Of a stretch of 57,176 bases of DNA, positions 10,178-22,474 are shown piece by piece. The stretch spans positions 59,417,849-59,475,024 of the forward strand of contig NC_068994.1 of NCBI RefSeq assembly GCF_001194135.2, written 5' to 3'. Below the pieces are notes generated by a model, which saw only the letters and a program-made list of their open reading frames with translations, was not told the DNA's origin and made no database searches. Origin of the DNA: Octopus bimaculoides. Lineage: Eukaryota. Positions within the stretch are counted from its first letter, which is position 1. Each line of letters begins with the position of its first letter. A program made the translations under genes and the position numbers.

Positions 10178-10559
10178 TAAGGGTGAAAAATTGAATATTA
10201 ATTTGATTAATATCAATTTAAAACCAATAGTCTAGCATATTGAAAAATCTGAAGATTCAGAAAAATTATATTACATACATATAACACACACACACATTAG
10301 TTTTGAATATGATTCAATAGGATTTGGCTGCTATTTTTTGCAGATTGCTCGACCATGTAGAGGTTCTTTTGTCGACAACTTCCTATGGAAGTCATACCTT
10401 ATCTCGGTTAATCCGGTATTTTTGTATGTGTGTGTGTGTGTGTGATACATAAGCCATAAATATGTGCTGTGTGTGTGTGTAAGCAATCTTAGTTAAGTTG
10501 TAAGTTGTGACGTACATAATTTGGAGAAGACGAAGAAAGAAATGAAGAATTTGGAAAGA

Positions 10560-11057
10560 TAGGATTGGTGTATATCGTACGGAATATTATTAGATGAGTT
10601 GTACGGTGTGTACGGATTGTGCAGAAAAACAGTGTTGTATAAGTTTTGAAATTCTAGGAAACCGAAGAAGCAAAAGAAAAAAGAAAGAAGCAAAACAATG
10701 TGTAGCGGCTGCGAAAGTGTGACGATGTTCACCGAGGCCAGAAGTAGTTGTGACGCCATAGAGCACTTAGAAGTGACGTTGGAATTATAATTCATTGCTA
10801 AGAAATAATAATAAAAAAACATGTTGGGGTTTAAAAGTCTAGATTTAGGTCCACCATTCTCGACGATTGTTTTTTTATATGGAATCCTATGGTGTTAGTG
10901 CTACTCATATTGACGACGATTAATCGGTGCTAGGCATTATTGAATATATCACGTGTGTTGGAACTTCCCTGTTTTCGGGGAAATTAACTTCTCTCGGGGG
11001 CACCGACCCAACTTTTTATGTCGTCTATAGAAAAACCTGTTCTTCTTAATGGTAAGA
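10560..11057 (+). promoter_or_regulatory. Candidate promoter / non-coding first exon of ZNF gene 1
   Basis: CpG-enriched relative to flanks and ends in donor ATG|GTAAGA (GT 11052-11053). Confidence 0.45.
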
Positions 11058-11815
11058 AAGTATTAATAATATTTTGTTTCGTTTTCTTTTTCTAAAAAAA
11101 AAAAAAAACTATGTTATTTGATCTATTATTTCGAAATTTTCAATTTAACACAAAGATAATCTGTTGTTTTTGGTTTTGTTGTTTGGTCCCAGGCTGGCCC
11201 TGATTCACAAAACCTTTCGTCAAAACTATTTCGCTAATGACACTCCCATTTAGTTTTTCTCTTTTCCTTCTATTTTTGTTTTCTTTGTATCATATTTTTA
11301 ATACGACATTATTCAGTGCAGTCTTAAATATTTTATGACGGCACAGAATGACTTAAGGGAAGTTTGGCTGCTATTTCTAGCAGGAACGGTGACCTCATAG
11401 AAAGTCTACGGTTACTTTGTTTGGTTAAGATNNNNNNNNNNNNNNNNNNNNNNNNNNNNNNNNNNNNNNNNNNNNNNNNNNNNNNNNNNNNNNNNNNNNN
11501 NNNNNNNNNNNNNNNNNNNNNNNNNNNNNNNNNNNNNNNNNNNNNNNNNNNNNNNNNNNNNNNNNNNNNNNNNNNNNNNNNNNNNNNNNNNNNNNNNNNN
11601 NNNNNNNNNNNNNNNNNNNNNNNNNNNNNNNNNNNNNNNNNNNNNNNNNNNNNNNNNNNNNNNNNNNNNNNNNNNNNNNNNNNNNNNNNNNNNNNNNNNN
11701 NNNNNNNNNNNNNNNNNNNNNNNNNNNNNNNNNNNNNNNNNNNNNNNNNNNNNNNNNNNNNNNNNNNNNNNNNNNNNNNNNNNNNNNNNNNNNNNNNNNN
11801 NNNNNNNNNNNNNNN

Positions 11816-11869
<54 letters not shown>

Positions 11870-14704
11870 TGCATATATGTATATATATATATATATTACA
11901 TATATTGTTTATATAATGAACGTTGTGTGTGTGTGTGTGTGTGCGCGCGCCGTGTTGTTGGGTCGAATTAATGGGATGTTTTTATCAGAAATGAGCAAAG
12001 ACCATTTACATTTATTAGTTTTGTTTTTCTGTCATGGACTTCGTTTCGAAGAAGCTGGATCTAAACAGATAAAGCTGTTTCATATCTTTTTTCCTCTGTT
12101 CCTCTTCCCATAACTTGACATAGTGACCTTGCAACATTTAAATCGCTTTTCCCCATCATAATTAAATGTTTGACCCCCGCCTCCTTCGCTTCAAAAATAA
12201 ATGAATTTAATCAACTAATAAATGGGTTAAATATTTTAATAAACTGTCATTCGTTAATAACATCATTAGCAATGAACAATACATTGATTAATGATGTGTA
12301 GTGTAAGATATTTGTTGTTTGTACCTCGGTCAGTTCGTGTAGGATTCCCTAAATATATTGTTTCGTAGACTCGTACTTGTTTAACCCTCGGTCAGTCCTA
12401 ATCGAGTAGACTTTATGATTAAAAGCATACATCATTAGCACCCCGTCCTTTTTTTAGGGGTATGTAAGGGAACTACAAGGTTGACTTTGTCCTCTTATTT
12501 ATAACAATATGATGTGGTTTGAGGAAGATTTGCTTACTTTTTCTAACAGGTTGAGCGACGACATAGGGGCTCCCTCCTTATTGGAATCGGTGATCAGGAT
12601 AACGGTGTTTAGTCCCAAGTCATCTCTCACCCAACATAGGAACAGAAACCTTCCAGCTATGACCATCTTACAATTATTTCGGATAGTCTATCTAGATTAC
12701 GTTATTGAATACTCCTTCGTTTCTTTTTAAGTCGACAGGGTGTGATTTGAGGAAGAGTTGACTGCTATTTCTAATAATATATATTTCTCTATATACAATA
12801 ACACAATTTACCTTGATTGCTTTTGTTTAACTCAGGTGTTCCAGACGATGAAATGTAGCCTGTTAAGAATTATCCTGACTTTTTGTTTTGGTGGCGAAGT
12901 TGTTATTTATTTATTCCACGCGAAGCTCTACCACAAGTGTACAGGCCTCCCAAACTCCATTCACAGCTGGATGTCTTGTAGAAGGAATGTTAGCTTTTTC
13001 TGTTCCTTACTCGATTAGGCCTCCTCTATAATATTCCATGGCTCTGTAGAGTAACTTTGTTTAGTTACCACCTTGGCGGAATTCTAGTTTCATCACCCCT
13101 TATAGCCCCAAATAACTGTTTTTATTGTTTGGAATTTTCAGAAAATTTTTGCGAATTTGTATTCCACACACAATTCATGCCATTATAAAAAAAAAGTGTG
13201 TGTGTGATATAAGGGTGATTTAGCTGCTGTTTTTAGCACATCCCACGACCGTTCTCGTTTCTTTGTCACTGACATATATGGATGTTTTTCAATATTTTTC
13301 TCCTCGTAAACAAGTTTAATAGAATGGTGATGCACCCAAAGGTGATCCACTGCTGAGATTTAAGCAAAATATTCCGACTGCCCCTATTTTAAACTCGGAT
13401 TTTTAAAAAATTCGAAAAAGAGTAGAAATGTTAGGATTTATAGGGATGCAATTTGAAAATTATTAAAAAAATTATTTTCATAATCGTAGAACACAAATTT
13501 GCAAAACTTACTTGAAAATTACAAAAAATGAAAAGAGTTATGAGGAGTTTTATGGGGTACTTAAAGCAGAATTTTGCCACCACCTTTAGTTACAAGGTTA
13601 CGTGTTTCTCTGGTTGATGTTCAAACTTGAACTTCAGCAATAAACACAAAGGAAGAATGTAAACTTATGGCTGTGAACATGTAGCATCAACTACAGAAGG
13701 GTTACTTTGTCACTGTGAAGAGGTTAGTGTGACAGATATGAAGCAGACAGTCATTGTTACATGTTTATCTCATAAACATGTACAGGCAATCCTTCAGTAT
13801 TGGTAGATTACATCATTTACCCACACAACCTTCCCTCATGACAAAGAAACTAGGCTGAAGAAGAGGGTGAATGATGTTGTCCCCTCATACTGACATTTTG
13901 TATACTGAAGGATTGCCACATAACAGAACATGGTGTGGACATGGAACGCATGCATATAGATAACTTCCATCAAGTATTACCAATATGTGTCATATTGTTT
14001 ATCTAACATTTGTGCCCAAATTTTGTTTATGAAGAAATCCTTAGTGAGGTTGGGGCAAGGTGTTGGGTATGTTCAAATTACTTCATAAGTTTTACATATT
14101 CCTTGAAATATCAGCCGTCAAAATTTGAAACACTTTCTACATTTTTCTATTTTAAGGTTTTCTTGCTGGGTTTTCTTGCTGATGTATTCCTTGAAGAACT
14201 GAAAATAATTTATACTGGAATTATATTTTACTTGAAGCAAACCCCCATGCCAGCTTGGAAGGCAGATGTTCAACGATGATGAAACTGAGGAGAATTTTAA
14301 TCTGAATTGTGACTTTGTGATAAAATATAAGCTTATATTTTTCTCCTTCAAATTAGTCCTGATCTTGTTTTTGTCTCACACATGAAGATTATGCTTGCAA
14401 ATTATTTCTCAACAATCTATTTCTATAATGACTATATTCTACTGGAACAACTGTTGTGTTGATTGAGACTTTTCTACTGAAAATATTATTGTAGTCTCTT
14501 TTACCAAGACAGTTATGAAAATGTCATTTACCATTCTTAGAATCTGCACAAAGTGTCCTTTTACAGAAAATGTTTTAAAACTTGAAAAATTTTGGAAAAG
14601 CAGTTTCACTTAAAAATTTGATATTAAATAGGATTGTCATCTTAAACCAGAAAGCAAAATCTAAATTTATTTTTCTATTTTCTGATGTTAAAAAACAATT
14701 GTCA

Positions 14705-16066
14705 ATGGAGAAAACACACCATTGTGAAGTTTGTGGAAAAAGATTTCCCAAAAGATTTCAGTTGTCTCGTCATATACGGACACACACTGGAGAGAAACCT
14801 TACCAATGTGACTTCTGTGATAAATCGTTTGCTCACAATAGTACGTTATCTACTCATAAAAGAACACACACAGGTGAGAGACCATTTCCCTGTGATGTTT
14901 GTGGAAGGAAATTCATTGACAATTGGAATTTGGTAAGCCATAAACGAACCCACACTGGGGAAAAGCCTTATCGATGTGAAGTCTGTGGGAAAATGTTCTC
15001 CCAAAATGGCATTTTAGCGAGCCACAAACGGACCCATACTGGAGATAAGCCGTATCACTGTGATTTTTGCAATCGAAAATTTTCTGAACGTGGAAATTTA
15101 GCACGACACAAACTACTTCACACTGGAGAAAAACCTTACAATTGTGATATTTGTGGTGAAAGTTTCTGTCATTATAATAGCTTTTCTACTCATAAACAGA
15201 CTCATGCAGGGAAAAAATTATTTCAGTGTGAAATTTGTGGTAAAGAATTCCCTCATAATAGTCAACTATCTAGTCATAATCGCATACATACAGGTGAAAA
15301 ACCATACTCTTGCGAAATATGTGGTAAGGCATTTGGTAAAAAGATCAACTTATATTACCACAAAAGGACCCATACTGGAGAAAAACCTTACAGCTGTGAC
15401 GTTTGTGGCAAAAAATTTACCCAAAGATGTTATTTACCTGTTCACAAACGAATTCACACTGGGGAAAAACCGTATCCATGTGAAATCTGTGATAAAAAGT
15501 TCTCCCTCAAAAGTCAGTTAAATACTCACAGACGAATTCACACAGGTGAGAAACCATTTCCCTGTGAAATTTGCGGCAAGTCATTTGCTCAAAGTGCCAC
15601 TCTCACTAACCACAGACGAATTCATACAGGTGAGAAACTCTATCATTGTGAAACGTGCGGAAAAGCATTCACTCAACGCAGTATCCTATTCAATCACAAA
15701 CAAATACATGCTAAGGAAAAACCATTCCACTGTGAAATTTGTGGCAAAAAATTCACTCAAAATGGTTACTTAACCATTCACAAACGGTCCCACACAGGAG
15801 AAAGACCCTATCCTTGTGAATTTTGTGGTAAGACATTTGCTCAGGGTTCTACCTTACGTAATCATAGACTTCTTCATACAGGTGAGAAAATGCATGTTTG
15901 TACCATCTGTGGTAAGAAATTCACCCAACGCAGTTCATTATCCACCCACAGCCATTTACATGCTGAAATAAAACCGCATCGCTGTGATATATGTGGCAAA
16001 AGCTTCTGCTTAGCTGTCTACCTGTCTCGTCACAAAAGAAGACACAAGAAACATAACCTTACCTAA
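14705..16066 (+). CDS. C2H2 zinc-finger protein, 16 tandem fingers, 453 aa (ZNF gene 1)
   Basis: Uninterrupted ORF from ATG 14705 (MEKTHHCEVC...) with 16 CX2CX12HX3H units, mostly TGEKP-type linkers. The ORF-track start at 14582 is a TTG in intron-like sequence. AATAAA at 16312-16317. Confidence 0.95.
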   Translation: MEKTHHCEVCGKRFPKRFQLSRHIRTHTGEKPYQCDFCDKSFAHNSTLSTHKRTHTGERPFPCDVCGRKFIDNWNLVSHKRTHTGEKPYRCEVCGKMFSQNGILASHKRTHTGDKPYHCDFCNRKFSERGNLARHKLLHTGEKPYNCDICGESFCHYNSFSTHKQTHAGKKLFQCEICGKEFPHNSQLSSHNRIHTGEKPYSCEICGKAFGKKINLYYHKRTHTGEKPYSCDVCGKKFTQRCYLPVHKRIHTGEKPYPCEICDKKFSLKSQLNTHRRIHTGEKPFPCEICGKSFAQSATLTNHRRIHTGEKLYHCETCGKAFTQRSILFNHKQIHAKEKPFHCEICGKKFTQNGYLTIHKRSHTGERPYPCEFCGKTFAQGSTLRNHRLLHTGEKMHVCTICGKKFTQRSSLSTHSHLHAEIKPHRCDICGKSFCLAVYLSRHKRRHKKHNLT

Positions 16067-18336
16067 ACTTCAGCTCATTCTCTGTTTGAGAGGATTTATT
16101 TTAATGAAAGAGATTTTTGTTTTCATTCAGTATCATTTAATTACATTTTCTGAAAAATAGTTCAAAATTTATTTCATTGATAAATAAGAGGGATTGATTT
16201 CTTTTCCTGAGGTTCAACACTGGACTGCCTGGTATCTTAGAGTTCTGATTATTATTTCCTTGTGTTCAGATATTACAGCAGGCTGCGCTTCAAGCACAAT
16301 CCATGGGGTTTAATAAACCTAATTGGAAAATAAATACTACATCATCACTGGTTAACATCTATTCTAAATATTGATTCAGCTTCCAAAGTATTCCTGTAAA
16401 TTCCAGGAAAGTGTTGCTGCCACAGACTGAAAATATTTGGAAACCTGTATGGAGACAGTTGTAACCAGGAAGTCTTTAACTCACATCCTTGGGTGGCCAG
16501 AAACTGAGAAAGTCCATCAGACTGACTATATTTGCCATACAAATGGTCAGCCTTATCAGTCACCATGTTGAAGAACACCTGTAAATGAGGTGTGATTGAT
16601 CAATATTCAATAATTTATCGAACCTGAGTACCAAGGTTGAGTTTATAAACAGCAACATGTGTTTAATATTTTGAGTTTAAATGGCAGTGAAGATGATGAA
16701 ACAGTATTTGGTTTCATCCTCCTAGGTTCTGAGTTCAAACCCTGCTTAATTTCATTATATTTCACTAAGTTTAGAGTTAATAAAATAAGAAGTGGTGATA
16801 TACTGAAGTTGATTCAGTGAAATTAGTCAATCTGTTTGAGAAACTGGTCTTATATCTAAGCAGAAAGCCTCTACGGTTTGCTAGTTAACCCTTGCAATAC
16901 CATATTTCTGTTGGAATACAGTATTTGTGTCCATTAAATTTGAAAAAATGAATTTAGTAAAATAAATTTGTCATTATTGAGCTGGTTTGGAACATAAGTT
17001 AAGATTTACTTTTGGAAGGTTTTAACTGAGATCATCTTAAAAGAGAAGTTTGTATCATAGGACCAGAGGTGAGTCTGAGGCAGGTTTCAAAATGCTTCAG
17101 AATACTTGATGGTTAAAAATACTCTTCTATAATGCATTTACATGTTTATCCAAATTTCAGAACCTCCCCTACTCCTTTGCTAATACAGATTATATGAAAT
17201 ACCAATATATTATTTAATGCAATCAGTATTTAAATTAAGAGCTAGTGATAGCTTCTTGCCATAAAGACACAGAGATTAAGCAGATTGATAACATGCCTTG
17301 TGTCTCCAAGCAGTCTCCAGGCTCAGAGCACATGGTTAGTTAATGTGGACATTAAATGATATTTATCTCTCACTGGATGGAATACATATTTTTTGTTGAT
17401 CCTACCTCAATGGAACAGTAAACTAAATATCTATCTATATGTATGTATATACATATATTAATAAATACATATGTGAAAAAGCAACTGTAAATGAAACTAT
17501 AAAAATGGCAGGAATTAAATGATAAGAGGAACTTAACTAAAAGATGTTTTTGTAGATTAAGAATTGTGTGTACAGCTTGATGTGATCCCATCTTTGTTAT
17601 TGAAATACAATCAAACAACCATGAACATCAATTTTATTAAAGTGTTCTGTTTCATATTTTTAGTTCTTTTTTTCTTCTTTTAACTCTAACTTGAATTTAT
17701 TAGGATTACGAAAGTTTTATTAAATGTTGGTGATTTTAGTTTCTTGTTCTTAATTTGACATTTTTCATCATCATCAGCATTTAACATTAGTTTCCCATTC
17801 TTGCAAGGATTGGATAGAACTTACAGAGGCAGATTTTTCTACAGTCAAACACCCTTCACATTGCCAACCCTCACCTGTTTCCAGGCAAGGTATTATTTCC
17901 CCATGATCAGACATGTTCTCACAGTATATTGGAAATGAACAACACTGCTTGTATGACAGTGACACTCATTTACAACTATCACACGATGTCAGGGAAAGGT
18001 CACACACACACACACACACTGTGTGTGTTCCTTCTATCAAATCCACTCACAAAGCTTTATCATCCTGGACCTATAGTAGAAGATATTTGCCCAAAGTGAC
18101 ATGCTGAGGGACTGAACTCAAAACTGTGTGGTTAAGAAACAAACTTCTCAACCTCTGAGTTGTGCCTTCCAATAATTTTTTGAGAAAAATAATAGTTACT
18201 GATTGAGCTTTCAGACATGGAGTTAACCCCTGATGACAAATTGGTCACTTGCTTCATGCTTTCGCTATTTGAAGTATCTACAAACACAGACGTCAGCTTG
18301 ATCTTCCCACCCAACAGATCATTGAGGATGTGAAAG

Positions 18337-18448
18337 CTGGAGGTAGGGGGAGAAGGTTGCCCCAGCACTTGGCTGGAGGTAGGGAGAGAAGGTTGCCCCT
18401 GCACTGGGCTGGAGGTAGGGAGAGAAGGTTGCCCCTGCACTGGACTGG
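18337..18448. repeat. 36-bp minisatellite, 3 copies
   Basis: Unit ctggaggtagggagagaaggttgcccctgcactggg starts at 18337, 18373 and 18409. Confidence 0.95.
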
Positions 18449-19934
18449 TGTTTATGAACAGCTGAACAGAGTAAAACAACATGAAATGAAGCGTCTTACT
18501 CCAGGACACAACAAACCACCGAATCTAGATATTGAACCCGTTTCTTTATAGCCAAGAGCCAAACAGCCTAACCACCAGGCTACACACCTTCATATAAGAT
18601 ATGTGTGTTTCAGTTATTAGATTGCGGCCATACTGGGGCATTGCCTTGAAGAATTGTTAGGTGACTGAATTAACCCCTGTACTTTTCTTCTTTTCAGGAC
18701 TAGCACTTGTTTATTCTCTAAAATTCTGGACATCTCAAACCTTTGTAAGATATTTTCTGTAACAGTCAGACAGTGATGCTGATGAGGTCTATCAAAGCAG
18801 AAGCATGTCTGGAGTTATCCTTACACCATGCTTCAGATTCACTCCTCGTTACATCATATATTTAATATCTAATTCATTTTAATCAATTTAAAAATTCTAA
18901 AATTGTCTCCCCTTACTTTCTTGATAACAATTAATCATTAATTAATGTTTTTTCTCCTCATTTCGGCTGCAATTTGAATTGATGAAAATTTCTTATTACA
19001 CTACATTAACAAGTATATTAACACTAACTCTACTACCAGATGGAAGCTAATTAACTGATTTTCTGGATAAACTCTCAAAAATATGAAATTGAACCAACAT
19101 CTTGATTGTATCCCAATTTCTCCAATGTGGAGCATAAACTTTTATGAACATAACAATACAATTGCCCTCGATAGGTTACAAGGGGCAAAGGTGTAGATCT
19201 AATATAAACATGACACTGAGTTCAAGTCGGTGTTGAAAGATCAAAGATATTGCCGCCTTCACCGTATTAAGAACATAAAGGGCTGCTTTAATGTATCCTA
19301 TCTTTATATATAACAACAGGGGGTATTTCTGGTAGACTGAGCAACCAATTGAGTAGGTTATTCACATGATGGTTTGTTGTCATAGCAATGGATATGATTC
19401 CTGGAAGTAAAAATGGTATTTTATAAAACTCATCAAAGTAATTCTTTTTATCCAGTCAATCAATCAATCAATCGATGTCCACAACCCAGAGAGGCCAGAC
19501 ATTCACAGAAAGAGACAAAACCCTTTTCTTTCTCCATCTTTCTCATTTTCAGCCAGCCCCTAATTTTCCACTGTCCTCTTCCTTTGTCCAATCCTCTCTC
19601 TCTCTTCTCCTATTGTGGTTTTCATTGCAAATTTACTCTGAAAACATCAAGAATTTGTGGATGTGAGCGAAAGAATCTCACCAATTCAATCAATGAATTG
19701 TTACCAAAAACTGCCTCAGACACATCTCTGGATAATAAATTTTGGGGGAAAAAGTACTTACAAAAACATCTAAGGTATGTATTGATTTTGTTCTGAAATG
19801 TTCATATTTAATGATTTACAATGACTTTTGACAATGGTTAGATTTTATTGTCTTTCCATTGAAAAAGGACACAGAAATCTGTCCTGCATTGAAGCCTATT
19901 ATGTATAAAATTGCTTTTGTAAGAAATATGGTAC

Positions 19935-20868
19935 AGTGGAGACTCAGTTCATAGCGGAGAGTGATACCAGGGTCGACTCTGCAATCACCCTGCAGACCAA
20001 TAAAAGAACAACAAATCTATTTATAGAAGGTTTCGTACCGGAAATCAAAACGATATGGCTCTTGGTAGCTGCCTTTGCTAATATAAAAGAGGAGGTGACA
20101 TTTATGGAGACGCGGGAGAGAAGTGTCCTGAAATGGTGCGGAGGGCCGTAGGAGCAACGATTCAAGCCACACCAGCAGACATGGACAATATACCAGAATT
20201 CATCATTCTTCTGGGTGATACGAAGCTGAAGGTAGCCGTACAGGGCAGAATTCCAAAGTACTTCGGGTGCTGACAGAAGGGGCACATAAGAAAAACGTAC
20301 TCCCAGGCCCTACACCTGAAGCACAGGGAGAAAGGCAGGGGAAGGTTAGTGTGCAACAGGAGAGAGTGGAAGAGGAGGTCCCATGGGACAAGGAGAAGAA
20401 GCAGGAAGAGGTGATGGAGATGGTCTCGACACGGGAAGATATAGCGTGACGAGGGAGGACCGTTGACTTTAGCATCTACTGAGGTAAGTGACGGTGATTG
20501 GAATGTTGCTGGGAGGAAGAGAAAAAAGAAAAACACTCGTTGTCTCCCCCCACCCACTCACACACAAACAAAAAAAGTTTAAAAACAAATGAACATTCAA
20601 ACAAGATCACAAAACCTCAGAGACAATTGAAAACACTCAAAGAAAAGACAGAAAAAAAACTGTAGCAATACCAAGCAAAGTTTAAAAAAGAAATTGAAAA
20701 TTTATGTTCGTTTAAAAATTGTTCAATGTTGTTACGTGGGTCGTGGAGCCCAAATAACCATCATTTCATCTTTCTCATTTTTATAATTATTCATTTTCAT
20801 CCGATTTTTTTTTACCCCATTTGTAATGTTCTCTTTTTGTTTAGTCCCTTCGTGGATAATAAAGAATC
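19935..20868 (+). mobile_element. LINE ORF1 (gag-like, zinc knuckle) remnant ending in a LINE-type 3' end, with no ORF2
   Basis: LKVAVQGRIPKYFGC*QKGHIRKTY (20244-20300; degenerate CX2CX4HX4C), a Glu/Lys-rich tail, WNVAGRKRKK, then ccctt..tgg.taataaagaatc with AATAAA at 20858-20863. Confidence 0.6.
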
Positions 20869-21197
20869 AATAACATTATAGCCCGCCCCTCCTTCCAGAC
20901 AAATCAATGTACTGGCCCCTATGTTATGTATTTATTGACAGCAAGCTACAACATACATAGATCAGAATTGGGCCCCCGAGACAACTGGCCTTAAGACACA
21001 CAACTCATAAATATTTCATATCAGATCATCCCGTAATTTTGTTTTTCAGACCGTACTTATTAAAACCTGCTCTAACACGTTTAAACAAGATTTTTTTCAC
21101 GGGTGCCTAAATACCACAGAGCAAGGAAAGCTTTAGTTACATAGATTCTGGCTTGCAGAACGAAATAATTTGTTGCTTTTAACAGCCCCTCGTGAAA

Positions 21198-21639
21198 ATG
21201 GAACTCACAGAAGAGCAAATTAGATAAGTCATGTTTTACGAGTATAAAAAAGGCAACAATGCTACAAATTCTGTAAAAAATGTGCAAGAATTGTATGGTG
21301 AAGGTGTTTTGAATATTCGCAAGTGTCAACGATGGTTCCATAAATTTCGACAAGGGGACTTGGAAGACGTCCGCCGCTCTGGTCGCCCGGTCACTTTTGA
21401 TAATGATGTACTGAAAGCTGCTACGGGAAGAAATCCATGTGCAACTGTTGAAGAGTTAGCAGAAGAGGTTAATTCATCGCCATTTGCAAGAACTTGGAAT
21501 CGTGTCTAAGCTTGGCAAATGGGTTCCACATCAACAATAAAAACAAAAACGTGTCAATATCTGCACTTCTCTTTATTCACGAGAGAAAACAAATCTCGAT
21601 TTTTTAAACTATCCAGTGACCGGCGATGAAAAGTGGATA
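21198..21639 (+). pseudogene. mariner transposase N-terminal fragment
   Basis: MELTEEQIR*VMFYEYKKGNNAT...YGEGVLNIRKCQRWFHKFRQGD..RSGRP, then KLGKWVPH (WVPHEL motif) and VTGDEKWI (first catalytic Asp). Stops and deletions present. Confidence 0.9.
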
Positions 21640-22199
21640 GTTAAGCAGGTATGTAAGCAGAAAGGTTAATTTGGCAGGTGCCTCCTTCTTTAAATATATC
21701 AGACCTTCGACTGCTGCGACCTCAAATCACAGCTGACCATTATTATTAAAAAAGAAAAGAGGTAAGACAATGGATAGTGTTGATTCTATATTTGAGAAAG
21801 AAAGAAAAAAACACAGGATGGTCTCCGCTGGAACATATTTGATTATTTGTTAGTTGGATCAAGGCTGACCCGATATTAAACTACAGCAGCAACCCTAATC
21901 TCTACGAGACAAAGAGACGTGTTGGCGTGTCTGTGCGGTCACTCGACATAATCTGCTAGAAATAGCAGCCCCGTTTCAAAGCCCACGCCACTGTCTTGGG
22001 AATAATGCACTCTGACAGACTCCTAAAAAAGACAAACAGGTTCTGTTTGGAATGTTTTTGAGCATTGGTGTCACCGTTGACTTATGGCTTAGCAATATTA
22101 TTTTAATCTACAATCTAAAATCTAGAAAAATCTTAGTTCGGTGTCAGCTGAGAAAGACTGTATTAATAACCATAGACATGTTTATCGATAGATAAATAG

Positions 22200-22474
22200 A
22201 TAGATGATTAATTATCCGTGTGTGTCGGTGTGTGTCATTTATCCTTCAACACCGTCTCTTTATGATAGATTAGTTAGTGCTGACAATAATCGTCCGCCAT
22301 AACACGTGCTTTAATTAAGAGTCTGAAATGTGGGAGACTTGTTCAATAATAGATTAGAAAATAATATAACTGAAAGCTGGTTAACGCTACTCAAGTGATG
22401 TGTTACTGCATACATTGGCACATGTGTCGCTTAAGAAGAGAGAGAAACGACTTCGAAGAAAGCAGAAGGTGCGT
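22200..22474 (+). promoter_or_regulatory. Candidate promoter / first exon of ZNF gene 2
   Basis: CpG-enriched segment with donor AAG|GTGCGT (GT 22469-22470). The matching strong acceptor is ttcttttttcAG at 24331-24332. Confidence 0.45.

Noticed and set aside
14582-14704. 41-aa N-terminal extension of ZNF gene 1 in the ORF track
   Set aside because: It starts at TTG in AT-rich, intron/UTR-like sequence. The first ATG is 14705.
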